DNA of 64,000 nucleotides. It comes from Eledone cirrhosa (lineage: Eukaryota). The stretch is taken from assembly GCA_964016885.1 (NCBI GenBank), contig OZ024741.1, positions 224,750,001 through 224,814,000 on the forward strand. The letters are read 5' to 3'. The number at the start of each line of letters is the position of its first letter. The first letter of the stretch is position 1. The notes under the pieces are model-generated. The model made no database searches. It was given only the letters and a program-made list of their open reading frames with translations, and was not told the DNA's origin. Of this stretch, positions 22,901 to 37,900 are shown in pieces. The position numbers and the translations under genes are program-made.

Positions 22901-25900
22901 GTATTGTTGTTGTTGATTGGTTGGGGTTTGTGGTGGTTAGTATTGTTGTTGTTGATTGGATGCAGTTGCTGGTGGTTAGTATTGTTTTTGATTGGTTGGG
23001 GTCTGTGGTGGTTAGTATTGTTGTTGTTGTTGATTGGTTGGGGCATTTGTGGTGGTTAGTATTGTTGTTGTTGATTGGTTGGGGTCTGTGGTGGTTAGTA
23101 TTGTTGTTGTTGATTGGTTGGGGTTTGTGGTGGTTAGTATTGTTGTTGTTGATTCGTTGGGGTTTGTGGTGGTTAGTATTGTTGTTGTTGATTAGTTGGG
23201 GTTTGTGCTGGTTAGTATTGTTGTTCTTGATTGGTTGGGGTTTGTTGTGGTTAGAATTGTTGTTGATTGGTTGGGGTTTGTGGTGGTTAGTATTGTTGTT
23301 GATTGGTTGGGGTTTGTGGTGGTTAGTATTGTTGTTGTTGATTGGTTGGGGTTTGTGGTGGTTACTATTGTTGTTTTTGATTGGTTGGCGTTTGTGGTGG
23401 TTAGTATTGTTGTTGTTGATTGGTTGGGTTTGTGGTGGTTAGTATTGTTGTTGTTGATTGGTTGCGGTTGGTGGTGGTTAGTATTGTTGTTGATTGGTTG
23501 GGGTTTGTGGTGGTTAGTATTGTTGTTGTTGATTGGTTGGCAGTTATGGTGGTTAGTATTGTTGTTGTTGATTGGTTGGGGTTTGTGGTGGTTAGTATTG
23601 TTGTTGATTGGTTGGGATTTGTGGTGGTTAGTATTGTTGTTGTTGATTGGTTGGTGTTTGTGGTGGTTAGTATTTTTGTTGTTTATTGGTTGGGGTTTGT
23701 GGTGGTTAGTATTGTTGTTGTTGATTGGTTGGGGTTTGTGGTGGTTAGTATTGTTGTTGTTGATTAGTTGGGGTTTGTGGTGGTTAGTATTGTTGTTGAT
23801 TGGTTGGGGTTTGTGGTGATTAGTATTGTTGTTGTTGATTTGTTGGGGTTTGTGGTGGTTAGTATTGTTGTTGTTGATTGGTTGGGGTTTGTGGTGGTTA
23901 GTATTGTTGTTGTTGATTGGTTGGGGTTGGTGGTGGTTAGTATTGTTGTTGTATTGGTTGGGGTTTGTGGTTATTAGTATTGTTGTTGTTGATAGGTTGG
24001 GGTTTGTGGTGGTTAGTATTATTTTTGTTGATTAGTTGGGGTTTGTTGTGGTTAGTATTGTTGGTGTTGATTGCTTGGGGTTTCTGGTGGTTAGTATTGT
24101 TGTTGTTGATTGGTTGGGTTGGTGGTGGTTAGTATTGTTGTTGTTGATTAGTTGGGGTTTGTGGTGGTTAGCATAGTTGTTGTTGATTGGTTGGGGTTTG
24201 TGGTGGTTAGTATTGTTGTTTTTGATTGGTTGGCGTTTGTGGTGGCTAGTATTGTTGTTGTTGATTGGTTGGGGTTTGTGGTGGTTAGTATTGTTGTTGT
24301 TGATTGGTTGCGGTTGGTGGTGGTTAGTATTGTTGTTGTTGATAGATTGGGGTTTGTGGTGGTTAGTATTGTTGATGTTGATTGGTTGGGGTTTGTGGTG
24401 ATTAGTATTGTTGTTGTTGATTGGTTGGGTTTTGTGGTGGTTAGTATTGTTGTTGTTGATTGGTTGGCATTTGTGGTGGTTAGTATTGTTGTTGTTGATT
24501 GGTTGGGGTTTGTGGTGGTTAGTATTGTTGTTGATTGGTTGGGGTTTGTGGTGGTTAGTATTGTTGTTGATTGGTTGGGATTTGTGGTGGATAGTATTGT
24601 TGTTGTTGATTGGTTGGGGTTTGTGGTGGTTAGTATTTTTGTTGTAGATTGGTTGGGGTTTGTGGTGGTTAGTATTGTTGTTGTTGATTGGTTGGGGTTG
24701 ATAGTGGTTAGTATTGTTGTCGTTGATTGGTTGGGGTTTGTGGTTATTAGTATTGTTGTTGTTGATTGGTTGGGGTTTGTGGTGGTTAGTATTGTTTTTG
24801 TTGATTAGTTGGGGTTTGTGGTGGTTAGTATTGTTGTTGTTGATTGGTTGGAGTTTGTGGTGATTAGTATTGTTGTTGTTGATTGGTTGGGTTGGTGGTG
24901 GTTAGTATTGTTGTTGTTGATTAGTTGGGGTTTGTGGTGGTTAGTATAGTTGTTGATTGGTTGGTTGGGGTTTGTGGTGGTTAGTATTGTTGTTGATTGG
25001 TTCGTTGGGGTTTGTGGTGGTTAGTATTGTTGTTGTTGATTGGTTGGGGTTTGTGGTGGTTAGTATTGTTGTTGTTGATTACTTGGGGTTTGTGGTGGTT
25101 AGTATAATTGTTGATTGGTTGGTTGGGGTTTATGGTGGTTAGTATTGTTGTTGATTGGTTGGTTGGGATTTGTGGTGGTTAGTATTGTTGTTGTTGATTG
25201 GTTGGGTTGGTGGTGGTTAGTATTGTTGTCGATTGTTTGGTTGGGGTTTGTGGGAGTTAGTATTGTTGTTGTTGTTGATTGGTTGGGTTGGTGTGTGGTT
25301 AGTATTGTTGTTGATTGGTTGGGGTTGGTGGTGGTTAGTATTGTTGTTGTTGATTGGTTGGTGTTGGTGGTGGTTACTATTGTTGTTGATTGGTTGGTTG
25401 CAGTTTGTGGAGGTTAGTATTGTTGTTGTTGATTAGTTGGGGTTTGTGTTGGTTAGTATTGTTGTTGTTGATTGGTTGGGGTTGGTGGTGGTTAGTATTG
25501 TTGTCGTTGATTGGTTGGGATTTGTGGTGGTTAGTATTGTTGTTGTTGATTGGTTGGGCTTGTGGTGGATAGTATTGTTGTTGATTGGTTGGGGTTTGTG
25601 GTGGTTAGAATTGTTGTTGATTGGTTGGGGCTTGTGGTGGTTAGTATTGTTGTTGATTGGTTGGGGTTTGTGGTGGTTAGTATTGTTGTTGTTGATTGGT
25701 TGGGGTTTGTGGTGGTTAGTATTGTTGTTGTTGATTGGTTGGGGTTTGTGGTGGTTAGTATTGTTGTTGTTGATTAGTTGGGGTTTGTGGTGGTTAGTAT
25801 TGTTGTTGTTGATTGGTTGGTGTTTGTGGTGGATAGTATCGTTGTTATTGATTAGTTGGGGTTGGTGGTGGTTAGTATTGTTGTTGTTGATTGGTTGGGG

Positions 25901-28900
25901 TTTGTGGTGGTTAGTATTGTTGTTGTTGATTGGTTGGGGTTGGAGGTGGTTAGTATTGTTGTTGTTGATTGGTTGGGGTTTGTGGTGGTTGTTATTGTTG
26001 TTGTAGATTGGTTGGGGTTTGTGGTGGTTAGTATTGTTATTGTTGATTAGTTAGGGTTTGTGGTGGCTAGTATTGTTGTTGGTGATTTGTTGGGGTGTGT
26101 GGTGGTTAGTATTGTTGTTGTTGATTGGTTGGGGTTGGTGGTTATTAGTATTGTTGTTGTTGATTGGTTGGGGTTTGTGGTGGTTAGTATTGTTGTTGTT
26201 GATTGGTTGGGGTTTGTGGTTATTAGTATTGTTGTTGTTGATTGGTTGGGGTGTGTGGTGGTTAGTATTGTTGTTGTGATTGGTTGGGGTTGGTGGTTAT
26301 TAGTATTGTTGTTGTTGATTGGTTGGTGGTGGTTAGTATTGTTGTTGTTGATTGGTTGGGGTTTGTGGTTATTAGTATTGTTGTTGTTGATTGGTTGGGG
26401 TTTGTGGTGGTTAGTATTGTTGTTGTTGATTAGTTGGGGTTTGTGGTGGTTAGTATTGTTGTTGTTAATTGGTTGGGGTTGGTGGTGGTTAGTATTGTTG
26501 TTGTTCATTGGTTGGGGTTTGTGGTGGTTAGTATTGTTGTTGTTCATTGGTTGGGCTTTCTGGTGGTTAGTATTGTTGTTGTTCATTGGTTGGGGTTTGT
26601 GGTGGTTAGTACTGTTGTTGTTGATTGGTTGGGTTTTGTGGTGGTTAGTATTGTTGTTGTTGATTGGTTGGGTTTTGTGGTGGTTAGTATTGTTTTTGAT
26701 TGGTTGGGGTTTGTGGTGGTTAGTATTGTTGTTGTTGATTGGTTGGGGTCTGTGGTGGTTAGTATTGTTGTTGTTGATTGGTTGGGTTTTGTGGTGGTTA
26801 GTATTGTTGTTGATTGGTTGGGCTTTGTGGTGGTTAGTATTGTTGTTGTTGATTGGTTGGGGTTTGTGGTGATTAGTATTGTTGTTGTTGATTGGTTGGG
26901 TTGGTGGTGGTTAGTATTGTTGTTGTTGATTAGTTGGGGTTTGTGGTGGTTAGTATCGTTGTTGTTGATTGGTCGGGGTTTGTGGTGGTTAGTATTGTTG
27001 TTTTTGATTGGTTGGCGTTTGTGGAGGTTAGTATTGTTGTTGTTGATTGGTTGCGGTTTGTGGTGGTTAGTTTTGTTGTTGTTGATTGGATGCGGTTACT
27101 GGTGGTTAGTATTGTTGTTGATTGGTTGGGGTTTGTGGTGGTTAGTATTGTTGTTGTTGTTGATTGGTTGGCATTTGTGGTGGTTAGTATTGTTGTTGTT
27201 AATTGGTTGGGGTTTGTGGTGGTTAGTATTGTTGTTGTTGATTGGTTGGGGTTTGTGGTGGTTAGTATTGTTGTTGATTGTTTGGGATTTGTGGTGGATA
27301 GTATTGTTGTTGTTGATTGGTTGGGGTTTGTGGTGGTTAGTATTTTTGTTGTTGATTGGTTGGGGTTTGTGGTTGTTAGTATTGTTGTTGTTGATTGGTT
27401 GGGGTTTGTGGTGGTTAGTATTGTTGTTGTTGATTAGTTGGGGTTTGTGCTGGTTAGTATTGTTGTTGTTGATTGGTTGGGGTTTGTGGTGGTTAGTATT
27501 GTTGTTGTTGATTAGTTGGGGTTTGTGGTGGTTAGTATTGTTGTTGTTGATTGGTTGGGGTTTGTGGTGGTTAATATTGTTGTTGTTGATTGGTTGGGGT
27601 TGGTGGTGGTTAGTATTGTTGTTGTTGATTGGTTGGGGTTTGTGGTGGTTAGTATTGTTGTTGTTGATTAGTTGGGGTTTGTGGTGGTTAGTATTGTTGT
27701 TGGTGATTGGTTGTGGTTTGTGGTGGTTAGTATTGTTGTTGTTGATTGGTTGGGGTTGGTAGTGGTTAGTATTGTTGTTGTTGATTGTTTGGGGTTTGTG
27801 GTTATTAGTATTGTTGTTGTTGATAGGTTGGGGTTTGTGTTGGTTAGTATTGTTTTTGTTGATTAGTTGGGGTTTGTGGTGGTTAGTATTGTTGTTGTTG
27901 ATTGGTTGGGGTTTCTGGTGGTTAGTATTGTTGTTGTTGATTGGGGTTTGTGGTGGTTAGTATTGTAGTTGTTGATTGGTTGGGTTTTGTGGTGGTTAGT
28001 ATTGTTGATGTTGATCGGTTGGCGTTTGTGGTGATTAGTATTGTTGTTGTTGATTGGTTGGGGTTTGTGGTGGTTAGTATTGTTGTTGTTGATTGGTTGG
28101 GGTTAGTGGTGGTTAGTATTGTTGTTGTTGATTGGTTGTGGTTTGTGGTGGTTAGTATTGTTGTTGCTTGGTTGGGGTTTGTGGTCGATAGAATTGTTGT
28201 TGATTGGTTGGGGTTTGTGGTGGTTAGTATTGTTGTTGATTGGTTGGGGTTTGTGGTGGTTAGTATTGTTGTTGTTGATTGGTTGGGGTTTGTGGTGGTT
28301 AGTATTGTTGTTGTTGATTGGTTGGGGTTGGTGGTGGTTAGTATTTTTGTTGTTGATTGGTTGGGGTTTGTGGTGGTTAGTATTGTTATTGTTGATTGGT
28401 TGGGGTTTGTCGTGGTTAGTATTGTTGTTGTTGATTAGTTGGGGTTTGTGGTGGTTAGTATTCTTGTTGTTGATTGGTTGGGGTTTGTGGTGGTTAGTAT
28501 TGTTGTTGTTGATTAGTTGGGGTTTGTGGTGGTTAGTATCGTTGTTGTTGATTGGTTGGGGTTTGTGGTGGTTAGTATTGTTGTTGTTGATTGGTTGCGG
28601 TTGGTGGTGGCTAGTATTGTTGTTGTTGATTGGTTGGGGTTTGTGGTGGTTAGTATTGTTGTTGTTGATTGGTTGGGGTTTGTGGTGGTTAGTATTGTTG
28701 TTGTTGATTAGTTGGGGTTTGTGGTGGTTAGTATTGTTGTTGGTGATTGGTTGGGGTTTGTGGTGGTTAGTATTGTTGTTGTTGATTGGTTGGGGTTGGT
28801 AGTGGTTAGTATTGTTGTTGTTGATTGGTTGGGGTTTGTGGTTGTTAGTATTGTTGTTGTTGATTGGTTGGGTTTTGTGGTGGTTAGTATTGTTGTTGTT

Positions 28901-31900
28901 GATTGGTTGGGGTTTGTGGTGATTAGTATTGTTGTTGTTGATTGGTTGGGTTGGTGGTGGTTAGTATTGTTGTTGTTGATTAGTTGGGGTTTGTGGTGGT
29001 TAGTATAGTTGTTGATTGGTTGGTTGGGGTATGTGGTGGTTAGTATTGTTGTTGATTGGTTGGTTGGGGTTTGTGGTGGTTAGTATTGTTGTTGTTGATT
29101 GGTTGGGGTTTGTGGTGGTTAGTATTGTTGTTGTTGATTGGTTGGGTTTTGTGGTGGTTAGTATTGCTGTTGTTGATTGGTTGGGGTTGGTGGGGGTTAG
29201 TGTTGTTGTTGTTGATTGGTTGGGGTTTGTGGTGGTTAGTATTGTTGTTGTTGATTGGTTGGGGTTTGTGGTGGTTAGTATTGTTGTTGTTGATTGGTTG
29301 GGGTTGGTGGTGGTTAGTATTGTTGTTGTTGATTGGTTGGGGTTTGTGGTGGTTAGTATTGTTGTTGTTGATTGGTTGGGGTTTGTGGTGGTTAGTATTG
29401 TTGTTGTTGATTGGTTGGGGTTTGTGGTGGTTAGTACTGTTGTTGTTGATTGCTTGGGTTTTGTGGTGGTTAGTATTGTTGTTGTTGATTGGTTGGGGTT
29501 TGTGGTGATTAATATTGTTGTTGTTGATCGGTTGGGTTGGTGGTGGTTAGTATTGTTGTTGTTCATTAGTTGGGGTTTGTAGTGGTTAGTATAGTTATTG
29601 ATTGGTTGGTTGGGGTTTGTGGTGGTTAGTATTGTTGTTGATTGGTTGGGGTTTGTGGTGGTTAGTATTGTTGTTGTTGATTGGTTGGGGTCTGTGGTGG
29701 TTAGTATCGTTGTTGTTGATTGGTCGGGGTTTGTGGGGGTTAGTATTGTTGTTTTTGATTGGTTGGCGTTTGTGGTGGTTAGTATTGTTGTTGTTGATTG
29801 GTTGGGGTTTGTGGTGGTTAGTATTGTTGTTGTTGATTGGATGCAGTTGCTGGTGGTTAGTATTGTTTTTGATTGGTTGGGGTCTGTGGTGGTTAGTATT
29901 GTTGTTGTTGTTGATTGGTTGGCATTTGTGGTGGTTAGTATTGTTGTTGTTGATTGGTTGGGGTTTGCGGTGGTTAGAATTGTTGTTGTTGATTGGTTGG
30001 GGTTTGTGGTGGTTAGTATTGTTGTTGTTGATTCGTTGGGGTTTGTGGTGGTTAGTATTGTTGTTGTTGATTAGTTGGGGTTTGTGCTGGTTAGTATTGT
30101 TGTTGTTGATTGGTTGGGGTTTGTGGTGGTTAGTATTGTTGTTGTTGATTAGTTGGGGTTTGTGGTGGTTAGTATTGTTGTTGTTGATTGGTTGGGGTTT
30201 GTGGTGGTTAGTATTGTTGTTGTTGATTAGTTGGGGTTGGTGGTGGTTAGTATTGTTGTTGTTGATTGGTTGGGGTTTGTGGTGGTTAGTATTGTTGTTG
30301 TTGATTGGTTGGGGTTTGTGGTGGTTAGTATTGTTGTTGTTGATTAGTTGGGGTATGTGGTGGTTAGTATTGTTGTTGGTGATTGGTTGTGGTTTGTGGT
30401 GGTTAGTATTGTTGTTGTTGATTGGTTGGGGTTGGTAGTGGTTAGTATTGTTGTTGTTGATTGGTTGGGGTTTGTGGTTATTAGTATTGTTGTTGTTGAT
30501 AGGTTGGGGTTTGTGTTGGTTAGTATTGTTTTTGTTGATTAGTTGGGGTTTGTGGTGGTTAGTATTGTTGTTGTTGATTGGTTGGGGTTAGTGGTGGTTA
30601 GTATTGTTGTTGTTGATTGGCTTAGCTTTGTGGTGGTTAGAATTGTTGTTTTTGATTGGTTGTGGTTTGTGGTGGTTAGTATTGTTGTTGCTTGGTTGGG
30701 GTTTGTGGTGGTTAGAATTGTTGTTGATTGGTTGGGGTTTGTGGTGGTTAGTATTGTTGATGAATGGTTGGGGTTTGTCGTGGTTAGAATTGTTGTTGAT
30801 TGGTTGGGGTTTGTGGTGGTTAGTATTGTTGTTGATTGGTTGGGGTTTGTGGTGGTTAGTATTGTTGTTGTTGATTGGTTGGGGTTTGTGGTGGTTAGTA
30901 TTGTTGTTGTTGATTGGTTGGGGTTTGTGGTGGTTAGTATTTTTGTTGTTGATTGGATTGGGTTTGTGGTGGTTAGTATTGTTATTGTTGATTGGTTGGG
31001 GTTTGTGGTGGTTAGTATTGTTGTTGTTGATTAGTTGGGGTTTGTGGTGGTTAGTATTGTTGTTGTTGATTGGTTGGGGTTTGTGGTGGTTAGTATTGTT
31101 GTTGTTGATTAGTTGGGGTTTGTGGTGGTTAGTATTGTTGTTGTTGATTGGTTGGGGTTTGTGGTGGTTAGTATTGTTGTTGTTGATTGGTTGGGATTGG
31201 TGGTGGTTAGTATTGTTGTTGTTGATTGGTTGGGTTTTGTGGTGGTTAGTATTGTTGTTGTTGATTGGTTGGGGTTGGTGGTGGTTAGTGTTGTTGTTGA
31301 TTGGTTGGGGTTGGTGATGGTTAGTATTGTTGTTGTTGATTGTTTGGGGTTTATGGTGGTTAGTATTGTTGTTGTTGATTGGTTGGGGTTTGTGGTGGTT
31401 AGTATTGTTGTTGTTGATTGGTTGGGGTTGTTTGTGGTTAGTATTGTTGTTGTTGATTGGTTGGGTTTTGTGGTGGTTAGTATTGTTATTGTTGATTAGT
31501 TGGGGTTTGTGGTGGTTAGTATTGTTGTTGTTGATTGGTTGGGGTTTGTGGTTATTAGTATTGTTGTTGTTGATTGGTTGGGGTTTGTGGTGGTTAGTAT
31601 TGTTGTTGTTGATTAGTTAGGGTTTGTGGTGGTTAGTATTGTTGTTGTTGATTGTTTGGGGTTTGTGGTGGTTAGTATTGTTGTTGTTGATTAGTTGGGG
31701 TTTGTGGTGGTTAGTATTGTTGTTGTTGATTGGTTGGGGTTTGTGGTGGTTAGTATTGTTGTTGTTGATTAGTTGGGGTTTGTGGTGGTTAGTATTGTTG
31801 TTGGTGATTGGTTGTGGTTTGTGGTGGTTAGTATTGTTGTTGTTGATTGGTTGGGGTTGGTAGTGGTTAGTATTGTTGTTGTTGATTGGTTGGGGTTTGT

Positions 31901-34900
31901 GGTTATTAGTATTGTTGTTGTTGATAGGTTGGGGTTTGTGTTGGTTAGTATTGTTTTTGTTGATTAGTTGGGGTTTGTGGTGGTTAGTATTGTTGTTGTT
32001 GATTGGTTGGGGTTGGAGGTGGTTAGTATTGTTGTTGTTGATTGGTTGGGGTTTGTGGTGGTTGTTATTGTTGTTGTAGATTGGTTGGGGTTTGTGGTGG
32101 TTAGTATTGTTATTGTTGATTAGTTAGGGTTTGTGGTGGCTAGTATTGTTGTTGGTGATTTGTTGGGGTGTGTGGTGGTTAGTATTGTTGTTGTTGATTG
32201 GTTGGGGTTGGTGGTTATTAGTATTGTTGTTGTTGATTGGTTGGGGTTTGTGGTGGTTAGTATTGTTGTTGTTGATTGGTTGGGGTTTGTGGTTATTAGT
32301 ATTGTTGTTGTTGATTGGTTGGGGTGTGTGGTGGTTAGTATTGTTGTTGTGATTGGTTGGGGTTGGTGGTTATTAGTATTGTTGTTGTTGATTGGTTGGT
32401 GGTGGTTAGTATTGTTGTTGTTGATTGGTTGGGGTTTGTGGTTATTAGTATTGTTGTTGTTGATTGGTTGGGGTTTGTGGTGGTTAGTATTGTTGTTGTT
32501 GATTAGTTGGGGTTTGTGGTGGTTAGTATTGTTGTTGTTAATTGGTTGGGGTTGGTGGTGGTTAGTATTGTTGTTGTTCATTGGTTGGGGTTTGTGGTGG
32601 TTAGTATTGTTGTTGTTCATTGGTTGGGCTTTCTGGTGGTTAGTATTGTTGTTGTTCATTGGTTGGGGTTTGTGGTGGTTAGTACTGTTGTTGTTGATTG
32701 GTTGGGTTTTGTGGTGGTTAGTATTGTTGTTGTTGATTGGTTGGGTTTTGTGGTGGTTAGTATTGTTTTTGATTGGTTGGGGTTTGTGGTGGTTAGTATT
32801 GTTGTTGTTGATTGGTTGGGGTCTGTGGTGGTTAGTATTGTTGTTGTTGATTGGTTGGGTTTTGTGGTGGTTAGTATTGTTGTTGATTGGTTGGGCTTTG
32901 TGGTGGTTAGTATTGTTGTTGTTGATTGGTTGGGGTTTGTGGTGATTAGTATTGTTGTTGTTGATTGGTTGGGTTGGTGGTGGTTAGTATTGTTGTTGTT
33001 GATTAGTTGGGGTTTGTGGTGGTTAGTATCGTTGTTGTTGATTGGTCGGGGTTTGTGGTGGTTAGTATTGTTGTTTTTGATTGGTTGGCGTTTGTGGAGG
33101 TTAGTATTGTTGTTGTTGATTGGTTGCGGTTTGTGGTGGTTAGTTTTGTTGTTGTTGATTGGATGCGGTTACTGGTGGTTAGTATTGTTGTTGATTGGTT
33201 GGGGTTTGTGGTGGTTAGTATTGTTGTTGTTGTTGATTGGTTGGCATTTGTGGTGGTTAGTATTGTTGTTGTTAATTGGTTGGGGTTTGTGGTGGTTAGT
33301 ATTGTTGTTGTTGATTGGTTGGGGTTTGTGGTGGTTAGTATTGTTGTTGATTGTTTGGGATTTGTGGTGGATAGTATTGTTGTTGTTGATTGGTTGGGGT
33401 TTGTGGTGGTTAGTATTTTTGTTGTTGATTGGTTGGGGTTTGTGGTTGTTAGTATTGTTGTTGTTGATTGGTTGGGGTTTGTGGTGGTTAGTATTGTTGT
33501 TGTTGATTAGTTGGGGTTTGTGCTGGTTAGTATTGTTGTTGTTGATTGGTTGGGGTTTGTGGTGGTTAGTATTGTTGTTGTTGATTAGTTGGGGTTTGTG
33601 GTGGTTAGTATTGTTGTTGTTGATTGGTTGGGGTTTGTGGTGGTTAATATTGTTGTTGTTGATTGGTTGGGGTTGGTGGTGGTTAGTATTGTTGTTGTTG
33701 ATTGGTTGGGGTTTGTGGTGGTTAGTATTGTTGTTGTTGATTAGTTGGGGTTTGTGGTGGTTAGTATTGTTGTTGGTGATTGGTTGTGGTTTGTGGTGGT
33801 TAGTATTGTTGTTGTTGATTGGTTGGGGTTGGTAGTGGTTAGTATTGTTGTTGTTGATTGTTTGGGGTTTGTGGTTATTAGTATTGTTGTTGTTGATAGG
33901 TTGGGGTTTGTGTTGGTTAGTATTGTTTTTGTTGATTAGTTGGGGTTTGTGGTGGTTAGTATTGTTGTTGTTGATTGGTTGGGGTTTCTGGTGGTTAGTA
34001 TTGTTGTTGTTGATTGGGGTTTGTGGTGGTTAGTATTGTAGTTGTTGATTGGTTGGGTTTTGTGGTGGTTAGTATTGTTGATGTTGATCGGTTGGCGTTT
34101 GTGGTGATTAGTATTGTTGTTGTTGATTGGTTGGGGTTTGTGGTGGTTAGTATTGTTGTTGTTGATTGGTTGGGGTTAGTGGTGGTTAGTATTGTTGTTG
34201 TTGATTGGTTGTGGTTTGTGGTGGTTAGTATTGTTGTTGCTTGGTTGGGGTTTGTGGTCGATAGAATTGTTGTTGATTGGTTGGGGTTTGTGGTGGTTAG
34301 TATTGTTGTTGATTGGTTGGGGTTTGTGGTGGTTAGTATTGTTGTTGTTGATTGGTTGGGGTTTGTGGTGGTTAGTATTGTTGTTGTTGATTGGTTGGGG
34401 TTGGTGGTGGTTAGTATTTTTGTTGTTGATTGGTTGGGGTTTGTGGTGGTTAGTATTGTTATTGTTGATTGGTTGGGGTTTGTCGTGGTTAGTATTGTTG
34501 TTGTTGATTAGTTGGGGTTTGTGGTGGTTAGTATTCTTGTTGTTGATTGGTTGGGGTTTGTGGTGGTTAGTATTGTTGTTGTTGATTAGTTGGGGTTTGT
34601 GGTGGTTAGTATCGTTGTTGTTGATTGGTTGGGGTTTGTGGTGGTTAGTATTGTTGTTGTTGATTGGTTGCGGTTGGTGGTGGCTAGTATTGTTGTTGTT
34701 GATTGGTTGGGGTTTGTGGTGGTTAGTATTGTTGTTGTTGATTGGTTGGGGTTTGTGGTGGTTAGTATTGTTGTTGTTGATTAGTTGGGGTTTGTGGTGG
34801 TTAGTATTGTTGTTGGTGATTGGTTGGGGTTTGTGGTGGTTAGTATTGTTGTTGTTGATTGGTTGGGGTTGGTAGTGGTTAGTATTGTTGTTGTTGATTG

Positions 34901-37900
34901 GTTGGGGTTTGTGGTTGTTAGTATTGTTGTTGTTGATTGGTTGGGTTTTGTGGTGGTTAGTATTGTTGTTGTTGATTGGTTGGGGTTTGTGGTGATTAGT
35001 ATTGTTGTTGTTGATTGGTTGGGTTGGTGGTGGTTAGTATTGTTGTTGTTGATTAGTTGGGGTTTGTGGTGGTTAGTATAGTTGTTGATTGGTTGGTTGG
35101 GGTATGTGGTGGTTAGTATTGTTGTTGATTGGTTGGTTGGGGTTTGTGGTGGTTAGTATTGTTGTTGTTGATTGGTTGGGGTTTGTGGTGGTTAGTATTG
35201 TTGTTGTTGATTGGTTGGGTTTTGTGGTGGTTAGTATTGCTGTTGTTGATTGGTTGGGGTTGGTGGGGGTTAGTGTTGTTGTTGTTGATTGGTTGGGGTT
35301 TGTGGTGGTTAGTATTGTTGTTGTTGATTGGTTGGGGTTTGTGGTGGTTAGTATTGTTGTTGTTGATTGGTTGGGGTTGGTGGTGGTTAGTATTGTTGTT
35401 GTTGATTGGTTGGGGTTTGTGGTGGTTAGTATTGTTGTTGTTGATTGGTTGGGGTTTGTGGTGGTTAGTATTGTTGTTGTTGATTGGTTGGGGTTTGTGG
35501 TGGTTAGTACTGTTGTTGTTGATTGCTTGGGTTTTGTGGTGGTTAGTATTGTTGTTGTTGATTGGTTGGGGTTTGTGGTGATTAATATTGTTGTTGTTGA
35601 TCGGTTGGGTTGGTGGTGGTTAGTATTGTTGTTGTTCATTAGTTGGGGTTTGTAGTGGTTAGTATAGTTATTGATTGGTTGGTTGGGGTTTGTGGTGGTT
35701 AGTATTGTTGTTGATTGGTTGGGGTTTGTGGTGGTTAGTATTGTTGTTGTTGATTGGTTGGGGTCTGTGGTGGTTAGTATCGTTGTTGTTGATTGGTCGG
35801 GGTTTGTGGGGGTTAGTATTGTTGTTTTTGATTGGTTGGCGTTTGTGGTGGTTAGTATTGTTGTTGTTGATTGGTTGGGGTTTGTGGTGGTTAGTATTGT
35901 TGTTGTTGATTGGATGCAGTTGCTGGTGGTTAGTATTGTTTTTGATTGGTTGGGGTCTGTGGTGGTTAGTATTGTTGTTGTTGTTGATTGGTTGGCATTT
36001 GTGGTGGTTAGTATTGTTGTTGTTGATTGGTTGGGGTTTGCGGTGGTTAGAATTGTTGTTGTTGATTGGTTGGGGTTTGTGGTGGTTAGTATTGTTGTTG
36101 TTGATTCGTTGGGGTTTGTGGTGGTTAGTATTGTTGTTGTTGATTAGTTGGGGTTTGTGCTGGTTAGTATTGTTGTTGTTGATTGGTTGGGGTTTGTGGT
36201 GGTTAGTATTGTTGTTGTTGATTAGTTGGGGTTTGTGGTGGTTAGTATTGTTGTTGTTGATTGGTTGGGGTTTGTGGTGGTTAGTATTGTTGTTGTTGAT
36301 TAGTTGGGGTTGGTGGTGGTTAGTATTGTTGTTGTTGATTGGTTGGGGTTTGTGGTGGTTAGTATTGTTGTTGTTGATTGGTTGGGGTTTGTGGTGGTTA
36401 GTATTGTTGTTGTTGATTAGTTGGGGTATGTGGTGGTTAGTATTGTTGTTGGTGATTGGTTGTGGTTTGTGGTGGTTAGTATTGTTGTTGTTGATTGGTT
36501 GGGGTTGGTAGTGGTTAGTATTGTTGTTGTTGATTGGTTGGGGTTTGTGGTTATTAGTATTGTTGTTGTTGATAGGTTGGGGTTTGTGTTGGTTAGTATT
36601 GTTTTTGTTGATTAGTTGGGGTTTGTGGTGGTTAGTATTGTTGTTGTTGATTGGTTGGGGTTAGTGGTGGTTAGTATTGTTGTTGTTGATTGGCTTAGCT
36701 TTGTGGTGGTTAGAATTGTTGTTTTTGATTGGTTGTGGTTTGTGGTGGTTAGTATTGTTGTTGCTTGGTTGGGGTTTGTGGTGGTTAGAATTGTTGTTGA
36801 TTGGTTGGGGTTTGTGGTGGTTAGTATTGTTGATGAATGGTTGGGGTTTGTCGTGGTTAGAATTGTTGTTGATTGGTTGGGGTTTGTGGTGGTTAGTATT
36901 GTTGTTGATTGGTTGGGGTTTGTGGTGGTTAGTATTGTTGTTGTTGATTGGTTGGGGTTTGTGGTGGTTAGTATTGTTGTTGTTGATTGGTTGGGGTTTG
37001 TGGTGGTTAGTATTTTTGTTGTTGATTGGATTGGGTTTGTGGTGGTTAGTATTGTTATTGTTGATTGGTTGGGGTTTGTGGTGGTTAGTATTGTTGTTGT
37101 TGATTAGTTGGGGTTTGTGGTGGTTAGTATTGTTGTTGTTGATTGGTTGGGGTTTGTGGTGGTTAGTATTGTTGTTGTTGATTAGTTGGGGTTTGTGGTG
37201 GTTAGTATTGTTGTTGTTGATTGGTTGGGGTTTGTGGTGGTTAGTATTGTTGTTGTTGATTGGTTGGGATTGGTGGTGGTTAGTATTGTTGTTGTTGATT
37301 GGTTGGGTTTTGTGGTGGTTAGTATTGTTGTTGTTGATTGGTTGGGGTTGGTGGTGGTTAGTGTTGTTGTTGATTGGTTGGGGTTGGTGATGGTTAGTAT
37401 TGTTGTTGTTGATTGTTTGGGGTTTATGGTGGTTAGTATTGTTGTTGTTGATTGGTTGGGGTTTGTGGTGGTTAGTATTGTTGTTGTTGATTGGTTGGGG
37501 TTTGTGGTTATTAGTATTGTTGTTGTTGATTGGTTGGGGTTTGTGGTGGTTAGTATTGTTGTTGTTGATTAGTTAGGGTTTGTGGTGGTTAGTATTGTTG
37601 TTGTTGATTGTTTGGGGTTTGTGGTGGTTAGTATTGTTGTTGTTGATTAGTTGGGGTTTGTGGTGGTTAGTATTGTTGTTGTTGATTGGTTGGGGTTTGT
37701 GGTGGTTAGTATTGTTGTTGTTGATTAGTTGGGGTTTGTGGTGGTTAGTATTGTTGTTGGTGATTGGTTGTGGTTTGTGGTGGTTAGTATTGTTGTTGTT
37801 GATTGGTTGGGGTTGGTAGTGGTTAGTATTGTTGTTGTTGATTGGTTGGGGTTTGTGGTTATTAGTATTGTTGTTGTTGATAGGTTGGGGTTTGTGTTGG